In this document: in pieces, positions 24,446 to 36,639 of the stretch
How positions within the stretch are numbered: the first letter of the stretch is position 1
How the letters are laid out: every line of letters begins with the position of its first letter
From: Podarcis tiliguerta
Lineage: Eukaryota
Reading direction: 5' to 3' (one strand)
Assembly: GCA_965153285.1 (NCBI GenBank)
Contig: OZ229116.1
Length of the DNA stretch: 64,000 nt
The notes under the pieces: generated by a model
Told to the model about the DNA's origin: nothing
The model's input: the letters and a program-made list of their open reading frames with translations, nothing else
Databases searched by the model: none
Translations under genes and position numbers: made by a program

Positions 24446-24812
24446 CAGTGGTGCCTCGCAAGACGAAATTAATTCGTTTTGCGAGTCTCTTCGTCTAGCG
24501 TTTTTTTCGTCTTGTGAAGCAACCCTATTAGCGGATCAGCGCTATTAGCGGTTTAGCGGCTATTAGCGGCTATTAGCGGCTATTAAAGGCTTAAGGGATT
24601 AGCGGATTAGCTGCTAAAAGGCTATTAGCGGTTTAGCGGCTTAGAAAAAGGGGGTGGGGAGCGAAAAAAATCTCAAGACTCGCAAGACATTTTTGTCTTG
24701 CGAAGCAAGCCCATAGGGAAATTCGTCCTGCTAAGCGCATCAAAAAACAGAAAACCCTTTCGTCTAGCGGGTTTTCCGTCTTGCGAGGCATTCGTCTTGC
24801 AGGGTACCACTG
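24446..24812. mobile_element. Tc1/pogo(Tigger)-like MITE, 367 bp, with internal minisatellite
   Basis: TIR CAGTGGTGCCTCGCAAGACGAA / TTCGTCTTGCAGGGTACCACTG, TA flanks, and an internal (CTA/T)TTAGCGG array at 24525-24644. Confidence 0.9.
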
Positions 24813-25650
24813 TAAAAGGCAACATTTTAGTGGAAGGACTTTGAACTAATTTAAGAGGTAGGAAGGATATTGGTGTGGTACACTGGAAAGATGAAATTGC
24901 ACTAATTGCCAAGGCATAGTTGGGAGTTTTAGCCATAGATAATAGACAGGGTAAGGAATGGAAGACATACAGTGGCAAAGCTGTATGGCAGGGATGGGCA
25001 AGCTTCAGCTCTCTGAGATCAACTTACATGTTTCTACTAGAAGGCTATGGACCAGGACCAGGTTCAAAATAGCAGCTCAGGATAGCTGGCATATACCAAG
25101 AACTGAGGGCATTATTAGCCCAGGACAAAAAGTCAGCTTCTGGGGACGTAGCCAACTAACTTGTCCAGTCATGGATGCATTGCTCAGCACTGCTTTGGAT
25201 ACAACCAGCTATTTTTCTAGAAAAAGAGCTGTCAGAACCTACCACCAACACCTTCCTTGTTCTCTTATAATGGCACTGGTGGCCACCTGAGAGGTGCCAG
25301 AACTGGAAAAAAAGCTCTGGGTAGAACTCCTGGTTTTTCCCAAGTGTTCTTCGTTTCACCAGCCTAATTTAGGGCATGGGGTGGGGTAGGGGGAGTCTTT
25401 TAGTCATTGCTGTGTTTAGATTGTTGGATGTCAAACTGATGATTTGTTGCAAATCATCAGAGATCAGCCTTCCCACCCCACCCCTGGTCTATGTGACAAT
25501 TTACACTCTTAAAATGGCCTTGTTTGACATTTTCTTGTGAGTAGTTGGCCCTGTGCCACAAACCCATGCTGGAACTCCTCTCTGTTTCCGAAGCATTTTT
25601 TCATGGTCGGCAATTGGGGTTGTGGAATTGATTGTTAAAACCATTGCCAA

Positions 25651-25876
25651 TATTTATTTATGTATTGAATTTCTATCCCATCTTTCCTCTGGTGTACATG
25701 GTTCCCCCCCCCCTTCCCATCTCTCCATTTTGTCCTCACAAAAACCTTGTGAGGTAGGTTAGGCTGAGAGATAGTGACTGGCCCAAGTCACCCAGTGAGA
25801 TTCATGGTTGAGTAGGGACTTGAACCCAGGTCTCCTAAGTAATAATATGACACTAGCCACTAAACTACACTGGCTT
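25651..25876 (-). mobile_element. tRNA-derived CORE/MIR-like (Squam3-related) SINE
   Basis: The reverse complement reads AGCCAGTGTAGTTTAGTGG...GACCTGGGTTCAAGTCCC (A/B boxes)...CTGGGTGACTTGGGCCAGTCAC...CTCAGCCTAACCTACCTCACAAGG, ending in an AATAAAT tail. Confidence 0.8.
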
Positions 25877-26607
25877 GGTCCTCCTAGTTGCTAAAAAATG
25901 CATGAGACTTAACTATTAACAACCTATAATTCAACATCTTTCAAATTACGGAATGATAATCATAATCCAACATGTTGCTGTTGATGCTACAATCTTTGTT
26001 GATAATGAAAAATTAATGTAACATTGCAAGGAATGATTCTCACACTGTCAAAATTGGCCCCAAACTTGTAAGTGTTTCAGGGCATAAAGGTTGAATGGGC
26101 CTAATAGTATTGCGGGAATTTTGACACTTAAAGAAGAACAGTGTGTGGTCAGAGCCCATGGAGCACCAGTGATAACAGAATTGGCACAAATTTAACATGT
26201 TTCCGTTGGGAAAAGAATCCAAATGAAAGTGGGGCTGAAGCTGCAGGATATTTTAGCTTTTTGAAATAAAATGGACATATAAATACGAATAGACTGCTTT
26301 ACCATAGCCAGTCGTAGTCTTGGCATTATATATTGCCTAATCAGTCTTTAAACTGGTGAGTTAGATCGTCAACTTCAACACTTTGTATTTAATGTGGAGG
26401 TAGACTGACTTTACTCAAATTTATTTTATTTTCATAGGTCCCTTTATAGAATGCAGTGTTGATACGGAATGCCGCTAAATTAATGGTTAATTCAGTTTTA
26501 TCAGGATAATTTAAATAAACTGGAATTTTCCAGTTTGATTGATAGAATGTGATCGCTGTTAGCTGCAGACTCAACCTGCTTTTGACATTTAAACATATAA
26601 AGCTGAC

Positions 26608-26841
26608 NNNNNNNNNNNNNNNNNNNNNNNNNNNNNNNNNNNNNNNNNNNNNNNNNNNNNNNNNNNNNNNNNNNNNNNNNNNNNNNNNNNNNNNNNNNNN
26701 NNNNNNNNNNNNNNNNNNNNNNNNNNNNNNNNNNNNNNNNNNNNNNNNNNNNNNNNNNNNNNNNNNNNNNNNNNNNNNNNNNNNNNNNNNNNNNNNNNNN
26801 NNNNNNNNNNNNNNNNNNNNNNNNNNNNNNNNNNNNNNNNN
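26608..26841. other. Assembly gap / N-run
   Basis: Run of N. Confidence 1.
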
Positions 26842-27825
26842 ACCAAGATCCTCAATTTAAACAAAGTCTTCTTTGCAGATATTCTGTGTTCAAGGGCACA
26901 GCAGAAAGGTTCATTGATCAAGTATGATGTACTGTAACATTTTTCTTATCCGAGCTCTTTTATGTATATTTATTAAAGATCCCATATTTCATATTATGCT
27001 TAACTACATTGGAGGAAGTTCTTCACAAAACATATCCCAAATATAATATGAAGTATCTGCAAGCATATTGCACTTACTTTTAACTGCAATTCTGGGATTT
27101 ATGGATATAGAGAGATCTGCTGGTCTTATAAAAGTTGGAAAGGGTCATGACATACTTTAAAATGATATGTTGCCTCTTAATATCCCAGTACTGACACCTG
27201 CCAGGTTTAATGACTGCATTTTTGTGATAATATAATTGCCTCAATCTGATCAGAAAGTCAACTTCAGTTGCAGTGTGCTGTTTTACTTTTTTTTTTTCTT
27301 GGCCTGATTGTGTTGCAAAAGAACAAGCGAGTTCTGCTTTCTTGTGGGGTGGGGGTGGGGAAATCCTATAATTCTTTGGTCTGTTCTAGGCAGTTAAAGT
27401 TTGTTCTTGAAATAAATAATAGCCAAAATGTCAATACTTCTAGTTTTCAGAATAATCATAAATTCCTGACCATAAAACAGTCATAAAGGTGTAATATTTT
27501 ATTCACTGTATATTCATACACCGCATGTCATTGCAACAGAAAGGCAATGAATCATTCTTTCGGTATTGTCAAAAAGGAAGGGAAAAAAGCGTATGAGCAA
27601 GATAGGCCTAAAATATCGGTACCCAAGGTTTAAATTTACTCATCAGAGAGTGTAGCATAGTCAAAATAGGTAATCTGCTCAAATATATTTCTCTTACAAA
27701 TTGAACATTTTTTAAAAGGTACACAAGTTCTTACCAAATGAAACTGGTTGGCTTTTGTGGAAATTGTGCATGAGCAATCTTTCACTTAGCACCCTCTACA
27801 TGAAGCACATCCACCCACAGGAAAT

Positions 27826-28140
27826 TCCGTAGCTCGGGGGTAAAGTATCTGCCTTGGATGCAGAAAGTCCTCGGTTCAATCCCTGGTGTCTCCAAGTAGG
27901 ACTGGGAGAGACCTGTGTCTGAAATCCGGGAGAGCTGCTGCCAGTGATTGTAAACCAGCGTTTCCCAAACTTGGGTCTCCAGCTCTTTTTGGACTACAAC
28001 TCCCATCATCCCTAGCGAGCAAGACCAGTGGTCAGGGATGATGGGAATTAGAGTCTGGAGACTCAAGTTTGGGAAATGCTGTTGTAAACAATGCAGAGCT
28101 AGATGGACCAGACTCGGTGTAGGCAGCTTTCTGTGTTGCT
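27826..28140 (+). mobile_element. tRNA-derived SINE (Squam2-like), interrupted by a MITE
   Basis: Head CCGTAGCTC...GGTTCAATCCCTGG, body GAGAGCTGCTGCCAGT...GTAAACAAT...GAGCTAGATGGACC, tail AGGCAGCTTTCTGTGTT. Split at 27955/28082. Confidence 0.75.
27956..28081. mobile_element. hAT-superfamily MITE, 126 bp
   Basis: 27-bp TIR CAGCGTTTCCCAAACTTGGGTCTCCAG (2 mismatches) and a perfect 8-bp TSD TTGTAAAC (27948-27955, 28082-28089). Confidence 0.92.
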
Positions 28141-28393
28141 CAGATCATGACCATGCCTGGAAACAACAAGCGCATCTGAGAAAAACTCCAGATACACTGG
28201 GAAAGCAGGAATGGCTCTCACTCTTTTTGAAGTAATGGTCTTTAGCAACCCTTTACATTTTAAGAGTTAATAGCTTTGAGAAGCACTGTTTGACCATGGG
28301 ATACAACATTCATGCAAAGTATGGAAGTTCCCAAACTCTCAGGTCACATAACCATTTTTAAAAGTTAACTTGAAATACTTCTTTATAGTATTT

Positions 28394-28531
28394 CAGAGAT
28401 GGGGAACCTGTGACCCTCAAGATGTTATTGGACTTCAGCTCCCATCATCTCCACCTAACATGACTAATGTTTAAGAATGATGGGAATTGTAGTCCGGCAA
28501 TGTCTGAAGGGCCACAGGTTCCTCATCTCTG
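28394..28531. mobile_element. hAT-type MITE, older copy
   Basis: 19-bp TIR CAGAGATGGGGAACCTGTG (1 mismatch) and internal CTCCCATCAT...ATGATGGGAA palindrome. The TSD is eroded. Confidence 0.8.
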
Positions 28532-29519
28532 CTGTATCCAGTGGTTTACCTTCTGTTTCAGGCTCCTTGATACAGCAGAGACTTCCCCTTGAAGAATGGG
28601 AAGGAAAACCTTTTTTCCCCAATTCATCCTCCCCCATGCAGTCCCTTGCAACACTTTCCGCATTGTTCCACAGTGTCTGACCGACCTCTGAAGCTGTTTT
28701 GTGGGGCCACAGCGGTGCAGGGGGAATAAATAGAAATCACCCCTTTTTCTACAGATGGATGCCTCCATTAAACCCAGGAGTGTTCCATCAGCAGAAGGAC
28801 ACCATGGGATACAAGCCATGGTAAATAATGTTGCGAAAGCTTCTGTAGATGGTGAAACTCGAGGTTAACATGATCTGCAGCAGTCCTAGCCATTTCTAGG
28901 ATGTAATGGATTATGATTTCGCTTTTGCAAGACCACTTTGAGTACAAGTGGAGGAGAAAGATCGCCTTGTCATGATACTTCCACCTTAGCAAATGGCCGT
29001 AAGACTTGGCACAGTTCATCAGAAACCACTTCAGTATGAGTTCCATTGAAATGAACTAGAACAGGCCTCTGCTGGGTTGCAACCTGAGTTCCAACCGCAT
29101 TATAATGGGTGAAAACTATGGGAAAAGTTTTGTGGCCTCATTTTAAAGTTCCCCAAGTGTCTCATCTTCTAATTATCGATACCGTTTCTATAATAAGTGA
29201 GTGCTCATTAATGAAAACCCATTCTTGCTTAACTTTTGTGTTTGAACTTCGGGGAAGTATCTTTAATGAGAAAGATGTGGCACGTACCCTAACGGTATCC
29301 CTGGAGTTATAAATGTATGCAATAGAAAAATTTCTTTTCAGGGCTAGGCAAGATTCTGAAACAGGTTAAATATTGGATATTAATTTCCACACCCACCCAC
29401 TTAAAATAAAAAAATTAAAAAAATTAAAAGGCTATTTTCTTCACAAACTGTGATTTCTTTATCCAAGGGTAATATAATATTCTAATTCAACTCCTATCTT
29501 TATGCTAAATTTTACTTAG

Positions 29520-29634
29520 GATCAAAGCCGTTCAAATGCAAGATTTGCCACTTTGCAACAGCTCAACTCGGAGATGCCAGAAACCATGTCAAGAGGCACC
29601 TTGGGATGAGGGAATACAAGTGTCATGTCTGTGG
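29520..29634 (+). CDS. ZNF407: ZNF407 next coding exon (115 nt): (G)SKPFKCKICHFATAQLGDARNHVKRHLGMREYKCHVC(G)
   Basis: Acceptor tttacttag|G at 29519/29520 and donor TGTGG|GTGAGT at 29634/29635. The phase joins exactly to G18542, giving the linker HTGSKPFKC followed by a C2H2 finger. This frame is not in the ORF track. Confidence 0.96.
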
Positions 29635-32600
29635 GTGAGTAAATTGAAACCGTTCCTCCCTTGGTTAACCAGAGAGGAGTGTAGGCTATGCATTGTTTCA
29701 GCATTCAAAATGGGGATGTGAGCAAGAGGGGCTAAAATTATGCATGCATATCCTCCTTCCCATTGTTATGGTAAATTCCTTAAATACAGTTATGACATTC
29801 TTTTCCTACTTCTAATCCAGTACTGCAGATGAGCAATTTTATGGGCTACAAGGTCAATTTGAACCTGTAATCTGTAAATTGACTAAATTATAGGATGTTC
29901 ATTCACATTGCCAGGGAGAACTGTAAATTCCTTTTTAAAGGCATGAAAAATAATATAGACTTCAATTTAGTATGTGTTTTGTGTATATGTGCACATACAT
30001 GCATTTGTGCTATATATTGTTCTAGTTTGAGCTCAGTTAACAGATTATGGGCTCCCGTAGAGTTTTTGCACTGCAGGAGACACAGGAAAAGAAAACTTCC
30101 AAAGAATTGTGTATATTGCTGCACATGAGAGAAGTGTGTGTGTGTGTATGTATATAAAACCAGAGACATCTTGCGTATGTTGTATTGCCTCAGAAAAACC
30201 TCTTCCCTTTCCCTCTTGTAATGGCTATTCCGTCCAAAGGACCATTCGTAATGTTTAATTGTCCTTCAAATGTGTTGCATTTAATAGGGAGGCTCAGAGA
30301 CTCTTTAATGCAAAACTAATTAATTTAGCAGAAATGTTTAAAAGGTTTTAAAATGCCATGGCATATATGGTACATCATAGGACATTCAGAGGTGGGTTTT
30401 AGTACCGCGCTTCTATTAAAAGTGTATTTTAATGTTATTATGCTAAAAGAATTAGCTAATATATGCTTCATATAAAAGCGCTTTCCTCAAAACAAGTTAA
30501 GTTGCTGCAAAAGCCTGATGACTAGTACGTAGAATGGCAGAGGTTCAGATGGATCACACAGTGCACACCAGTACAGAGAGGTGGGTGGGTAGGAATATTT
30601 TTCAGCCAGGTTTTAATCCCGTCAACTCTTGCAATTAAACACGCCTTACGAACAAAGTGAGTGAAATGCTCAAAAACAAATTAGAATGCAACTCACCGAT
30701 TCACGTGCCTGCTATACAAATAAGTGCTGTTAGATCGGTAAGGGTGGTTTTATTTCCTGATGGGAGGAGTGGATCGCGAGCTAATGGCTGAATTGCTTTA
30801 AAACTCAGTGGAAGCAATTATGAAAGTTATCCACTGTAAAATAACGGAGGAGGATCTTCCAGGCCTTTGGCTTTGAATGCCACCAGGGTACGCTACATTT
30901 TGGCAGCCGCCTGTCTTATAAATTACAACAATTCTGTGCGAAAGACGCTCTTGACTTACCAATAGCTTTGGTCTGAAAATGAATAAATATGGATTCTGAG
31001 AAAAAGAACTTGAATTTGGCTCTGAGTAGCCAACTATACATTGTCTGTGGGTTAGTGGTGGTGGTTTGGCATTGACATACATTTTTTAGTGACTGATGCA
31101 GCCCTTGCAGTTAGTATCTTCATACATATTTGTGAGTGGGAAGGGGGGAGAGAAGTTGCTGGTTATGTTTGGTCATTTGAAAAAACAGGACACTTAAATC
31201 TGTCGTTTGTCAAAGTTCCTTTGAATGCCACAACCAGAGATTTCATCTCATTGTTCTTGGGTCATGTTACATAATTAACTTGTGATACTGTCAAGTTACT
31301 TGTTCATGTGGCAGCTAATGGAAAGAGAAATGCACAAAAGTCTTCCTCATATAGGCCTTTTGTTCTGAACAGCTAAAATAATAAATTTTAATCTGATACA
31401 AATCAAAACTATTGGTACATAACCATGGCTGAATTGGTAAAGAAATGTCATCTGCCAAATTGTAATGAATTCAGAGGAGAATTCGAAGCAGGAAGGATGG
31501 TCAGTGCACTTTGAACTGTCAGCCAAATAATTAATATGCCAACCTTTTAGTGTGTGTGTAGCATAATACACTCTGCTATATTTCTGCCATGTTCACCAAA
31601 AAGATAGGGTATTTTGTAGATTAAAAATAAAGTGGCAACATAAAATTGCTGGGATTGGCTATCAGGTTAGAGCATTGGTACATTAACACCACTGACAATG
31701 TCAATTCATTATCATTGATGGCTAAATAATCTTCGAAATGCTCAGTGGACCTATTAGTTCCTGAATATAAGCAGCTAGTGCTGCATTTCTTCATTAGCTT
31801 TAATTGCTATAAATTTACCTTTTTAAAAAATCATGTTTTAAAAGGTGAAGTGATCTTTCAGGAACATTAACTTGGTAATTTTGTCACAAACAGAAGGTCC
31901 TGTACTATGTTTTCTTTTCTGCAGTAGTTAAAAATTCTACCCCGTGACTTTTAGATTCCAAACAACAAGCTTTCTATTAGGTGGAATGTTAACTTGTTTC
32001 CCCAATTGCTCCACAACCTGTTTGGGGTTTCATTTTTTTAAACAAGGTGAAATGTCAGTTCAAGGCTGTGGATAATTGTGGATGTAAGATATCCCTTGAT
32101 TGCCTTGAATTTTGTTATGAATTGGAAAGTGAAAACCCTTTGTAAAGTAATGCCAATCTAAATGCTAAAAATGAACAGAAGATTTTATGTACTGTATCTT
32201 GTGTAGCACAGTCGACACAAAGGGGTGTGGGTGGAAAGACAGCAGTGTTTTTGCATGTTGCTTTTATTGTTTCAAATCGAAGTTTAATTTTTTCCAGCTG
32301 CACAGTAGAAATACTCTGCCATAGAAATTGGAAGCTACTAATCTTTCAGCATTTGAAATAAACCGTCTGCTACTCATTTCCTTATCGGCAGATGTGTGGT
32401 GATTGTTTTCCTTTGCATTATGTTCATGAATGGGAAATGCATCCCTTATTTGAGAAGGGATCTGTTTTCAGTGAGTATCCAACTGCTACCTATTTAAATT
32501 TAATTTTCAGAAGTCTGGCTATGAAGTTGTTCATGACACGAAAATTAAAAAATCTCACTGGTTTCCCAGCATTTACTTGTGTGTGTGAGGTTTTTTTTTT

Positions 32601-33316
32601 TGTTTGTTTTTTAAAAAAGCTTGCATAGTGGAATATACTGAAAAGGCTTATCATGCACTTTTGAGATTTTATGCCTCAGGTACATGAAAAATGAATTGTT
32701 CAGCACTTCAGATTTTAAACAGAATTTATGAGCAACTTATCATTTAAAAATACATCTACTTTCCCCTTGCCTTTGCTTTTGGATATAGAGCTTTAAAAAC
32801 ACACACCTTACGTTGGAGTTATTTACCTTCCTTTCTGTTTTTCTTAAGTTTCTATGTATAAATAAAATGACTGCAGCAGAAATCAGTAGAAGGATTTTAC
32901 GTCTCCAGAAATGTTAATCATTTGAAGTCAACCTGTCTGTCCTTTTTCTGCATTCTTTCAATTACTTTAAAATGTATCTATTAAAATGTGACCACAGATC
33001 AAATTTCAAATCAGTATTTGCAGTACACAGTTTCCCCTTCTTTAAAAAAGGGGTGTATTTAGTTTACTTTTTTGTTTTGTTTTCTTCTCCCACACATCAT
33101 TTAGAGAAGTATTTTGAAACTTCATTTGAAGTTTGACCATGGCAATATTGCCAGTGCCTTGATCAATATGTGTTCGGTAGTTGTTATTTCAAAGAGGCAT
33201 GAAAAGAAGTGTGAAGTAAATTGAAGGGGTATGTCATATGTTAGTATTTTTTAAAATCAATGATATGTTTCATGGATTCAAAAGCTTCTTGTTGACAGTC
33301 TACAAATATTTGAAAC

Positions 33317-33352
33317 TGAAACATTGAAATTGAAACATTGAAATTGAAACAT
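33317..33352. repeat. 14-bp tandem repeat TGAAACATTGAAAT x2.6
   Basis: Direct reading. Confidence 0.9.
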
Positions 33353-33711
33353 ATTGCTCCTTTTCTATGGTTTGCTACCAGGGATTTATTTTGTCACATA
33401 AAAAAAATTATGTGTATATTGGGTTTTTAAAAATTAGTTCCAGATTATACTAACAGAGATACTTATTTCAGCACAGCAATAACTTGCGCTTCCAAAGTGC
33501 TTCTGCTTAGTCTTCCCCTTAGAGAACAAAGAAGATTCATTCTTAAATGTATCATTACGAAGAGACGGAAATGTACTTTTGGTTTTTACATGCGTCTTAG
33601 TGTTGCTGCAAGTGAACTGTTTGTTCTGCGGCCAGATAAATCTTTAAATAGAAAGTTGAAACTTCAGTAAAACTATTTCTATGTGAGATTACCTATTTTT
33701 TGTGCATTAGA

Positions 33712-34203
33712 NNNNNNNNNNNNNNNNNNNNNNNNNNNNNNNNNNNNNNNNNNNNNNNNNNNNNNNNNNNNNNNNNNNNNNNNNNNNNNNNNNNNNNNNN
33801 NNNNNNNNNNNNNNNNNNNNNNNNNNNNNNNNNNNNNNNNNNNNNNNNNNNNNNNNNNNNNNNNNNNNNNNNNNNNNNNNNNNNNNNNNNNNNNNNNNNN
33901 NNNNNNNNNNNNNNNNNNNNNNNNNNNNNNNNNNNNNNNNNNNNNNNNNNNNNNNNNNNNNNNNNNNNNNNNNNNNNNNNNNNNNNNNNNNNNNNNNNNN
34001 NNNNNNNNNNNNNNNNNNNNNNNNNNNNNNNNNNNNNNNNNNNNNNNNNNNNNNNNNNNNNNNNNNNNNNNNNNNNNNNNNNNNNNNNNNNNNNNNNNNN
34101 NNNNNNNNNNNNNNNNNNNNNNNNNNNNNNNNNNNNNNNNNNNNNNNNNNNNNNNNNNNNNNNNNNNNNNNNNNNNNNNNNNNNNNNNNNNNNNNNNNNN
34201 NNN
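33712..34203. other. Assembly gap / N-run
   Basis: Run of N. Confidence 1.
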
Positions 34204-35708
34204 TAAAGCTGTTGTGTGCTTAAATCATCACATACACCATGGTATTGCATTTTTTGACTGAACAATTAATTACAGCCATCATAACCACAGCTGTATCCAA
34301 ATAAAACAATGCTTGCTTCTGCTGCTCAAATCAACAGAATTATCCGAACTGGAGAGGAAGCAACCCAAGATCCAGCGATGCTTCAACCTGTGGGTGTGTG
34401 GTGACAAAGGAAAATACTGTATCAATAATGATATATTTCAGTGTCAAATCACACTTTGATTTTAAAAATCTTTTAGAAATGCTCGAAAAACTATGTGTAC
34501 AAAGATAGCATGTGAGCTGTAGACTGATTTTATTCCTTCTATACTCAGAGGAGATTTAAAGCATGGGTTAGACTTGCCACATTTCAGTTGCATTCCTACC
34601 CTTCCGTTACATGTCACAATATGTTTTGCCCTTGCATACTTTTTTCCATGGGGTTGTTTCTTGCTGCAGTTTCTAGTCACTTAGCTTTATAGCCCACCGT
34701 ATCCTCGAGGGCTCAGGGCAGCTGGTCATAAACTTTATTAAAAGCTAGTTTTTAGTAGCACAATTCAGCTGGAATACAGATAGATAAAAATACAATAGCT
34801 CAAATATTGCAATGAAATTTTAATAACTGGTGAGGTTTTCGTCAACAAGAGGTTTTCCAAATGTTTTCTGGCGATCTGTTGATAGTGCTGCTGGATGTTG
34901 GACAAGGACATGTTGGTACTTGAGAGTTTTCTGAGGGCTGGGCTTAAATTAATCAGTGTTTTGCTTTAACATGTAAGGGGAGGGGGGCTAAAAGGTGTCA
35001 GAAAGGTCTTGCTATCGAATAGCTAGCAGTATGCTTCACTAGTTAGTGTCCAGTATGGCAAATGAAGCAGAAAAGTCAAGGCCAACTTCCAGTTGTAATG
35101 CTGTATGAAAAACGTATTTTTATCCACCTGTACTTCAGTTGAGTTATGGCAGTGCTTTTGTTGGACTTGCTGAAGTGAAAAGATATGAAAAGTACATACT
35201 TAGCTGAATATATGTTTGTATTTGAGTTAGGGACACTACCAGTGATTTATACCTATACCTCTACTATATATAACCTAATGCAATGCACTTTCAAACTGCA
35301 ATTATAAAGATACATGCAGCTATGTGATTGTGATATATTTGCCACGTAGAACAAGTACTGCTGCTTCTAGAGGTGTTTCATTTTTTTATTATTTTTTCTG
35401 TGAATGGTTCTGGAAAAACAGGATACATTATTGGATCGCAGAAGCATTTGCTGCAGGACATGTCCTGTGTTTAATAAAACTGAAATGATTGCGAATGTTG
35501 CATCCCACTTGGTTGCCATTCCTCTCTAGAATTTATTATACTTAAGTGTGGTTATGTCCAATAGGATAGGATTTCTCATAGAGAAAAATGTATTGTCTAT
35601 TCAACAGAATGAAATGCTGAGATGCATGTCTGAGTTGGTAACGATTCAGAGGCCTTTTTGCAGACTTGGCTGAATCTGGACTCCATTTTACATTGCAGTT
35701 CTTGTCTA

Positions 35709-35711
<3 letters not shown>

Positions 35712-35742
<31 letters not shown>
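35712..35742. repeat. (TA)n microsatellite
   Basis: Direct reading. Confidence 0.95.
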
Positions 35743-35747
<5 letters not shown>

Positions 35748-35967
35748 CCAGATTTGATGACGAGACAGGGTTCTTGACAGGACTCTTGGCTAAAGAGTGT
35801 AAGACATTCTAGATAATATTTTCCTTAAGGATCCTATTTAGAAGTTTATTTTCAAGGATCTAGATCTTAAATTTGTCATAATTGCCCCAAACAAAGGAGG
35901 CTAGAGACCACCACCAGTTGGCCTATCTTCTTTTAATAGATCTTCAAATTAGTTAAACTTCATTCCG

Positions 35968-36303
35968 GATGGTGGTCTAAACCACTGAGCCTAGGTTCAA
36001 AATCCTGTGACGGGGTGAGCGCCTGTTGCTCGGTCCCAGCTCCTGCCAGCTTAGCAGTTCGAAAGCACGTCAAAGTGCAAGTAGATAAGTAGGTACCGCT
36101 CTGGCGGGAAGGTAAACGGCATTTCTGTGCACTGCTCTGGTTTCACCAGAAGCGGCTTAGTCATGCTGGCCACATGGCCCGGAAAGACTGTCTGCGGACA
36201 AACATCGGCTCCTTCAGCCATTAAAGCGAGATGAGTGCCGGAACCCCAGAGTTGTTCGCAACTGGACTTAACTGTCAGGGGTCCTTTACCTTTACCTTTT
36301 TTA
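35968..36303 (+). mobile_element. Sauria SINE, second subfamily, head partly deleted
   Basis: The body is collinear with 341-700 (GCTCGGTCCCAG...AGCAGTTCGAAAGCAC...GGCGGGAAGGTAAACGGC) and ends in CCTTTACCTTTACCTTT. TSD CATTCCG at 35961-35967 and 36304-36310. Confidence 0.9.
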
Positions 36304-36639
36304 CATTCCGTTTAGTTTCAATGGGAGCTTACTTCGTCTAAGCTATGTTTGTCAAAACATAGGTAAAATGTCTAGATTGACCATCCTGTGTACATTCAGC
36401 AATAAAATTGAAAGCTACCCATACCGTCTAGTGTATGTATAGTGAATTCTGTCTACTTTGATTTGGGCTTTGCAAACACCCTTTTTGCCAGGGAGTGGAG
36501 CAGAAAGAGTTTGGTGTATTCCAATCCCTCTTCAGACCATTTTGCACTTCCTGTCTAGGTTGTATGAACACCAACTCTTGCCTGACTTCGTTAGACTGGT
36601 GGCAACAGCAGGACATTATAGCTGGCAGCCTCTCAAATA

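Noticed and set aside
24525-24644. CRISPR-like array or interstitial telomere
   Set aside because: Vertebrate DNA. The units are contiguous without spacers, are TTAGCGG rather than TTAGGG, and lie inside a MITE.
35454-35467. Palindrome CAGGACATGTCCTG as a p53 element
   Set aside because: Only one RRRCWWGYYY half-site, with no adjacent second half.
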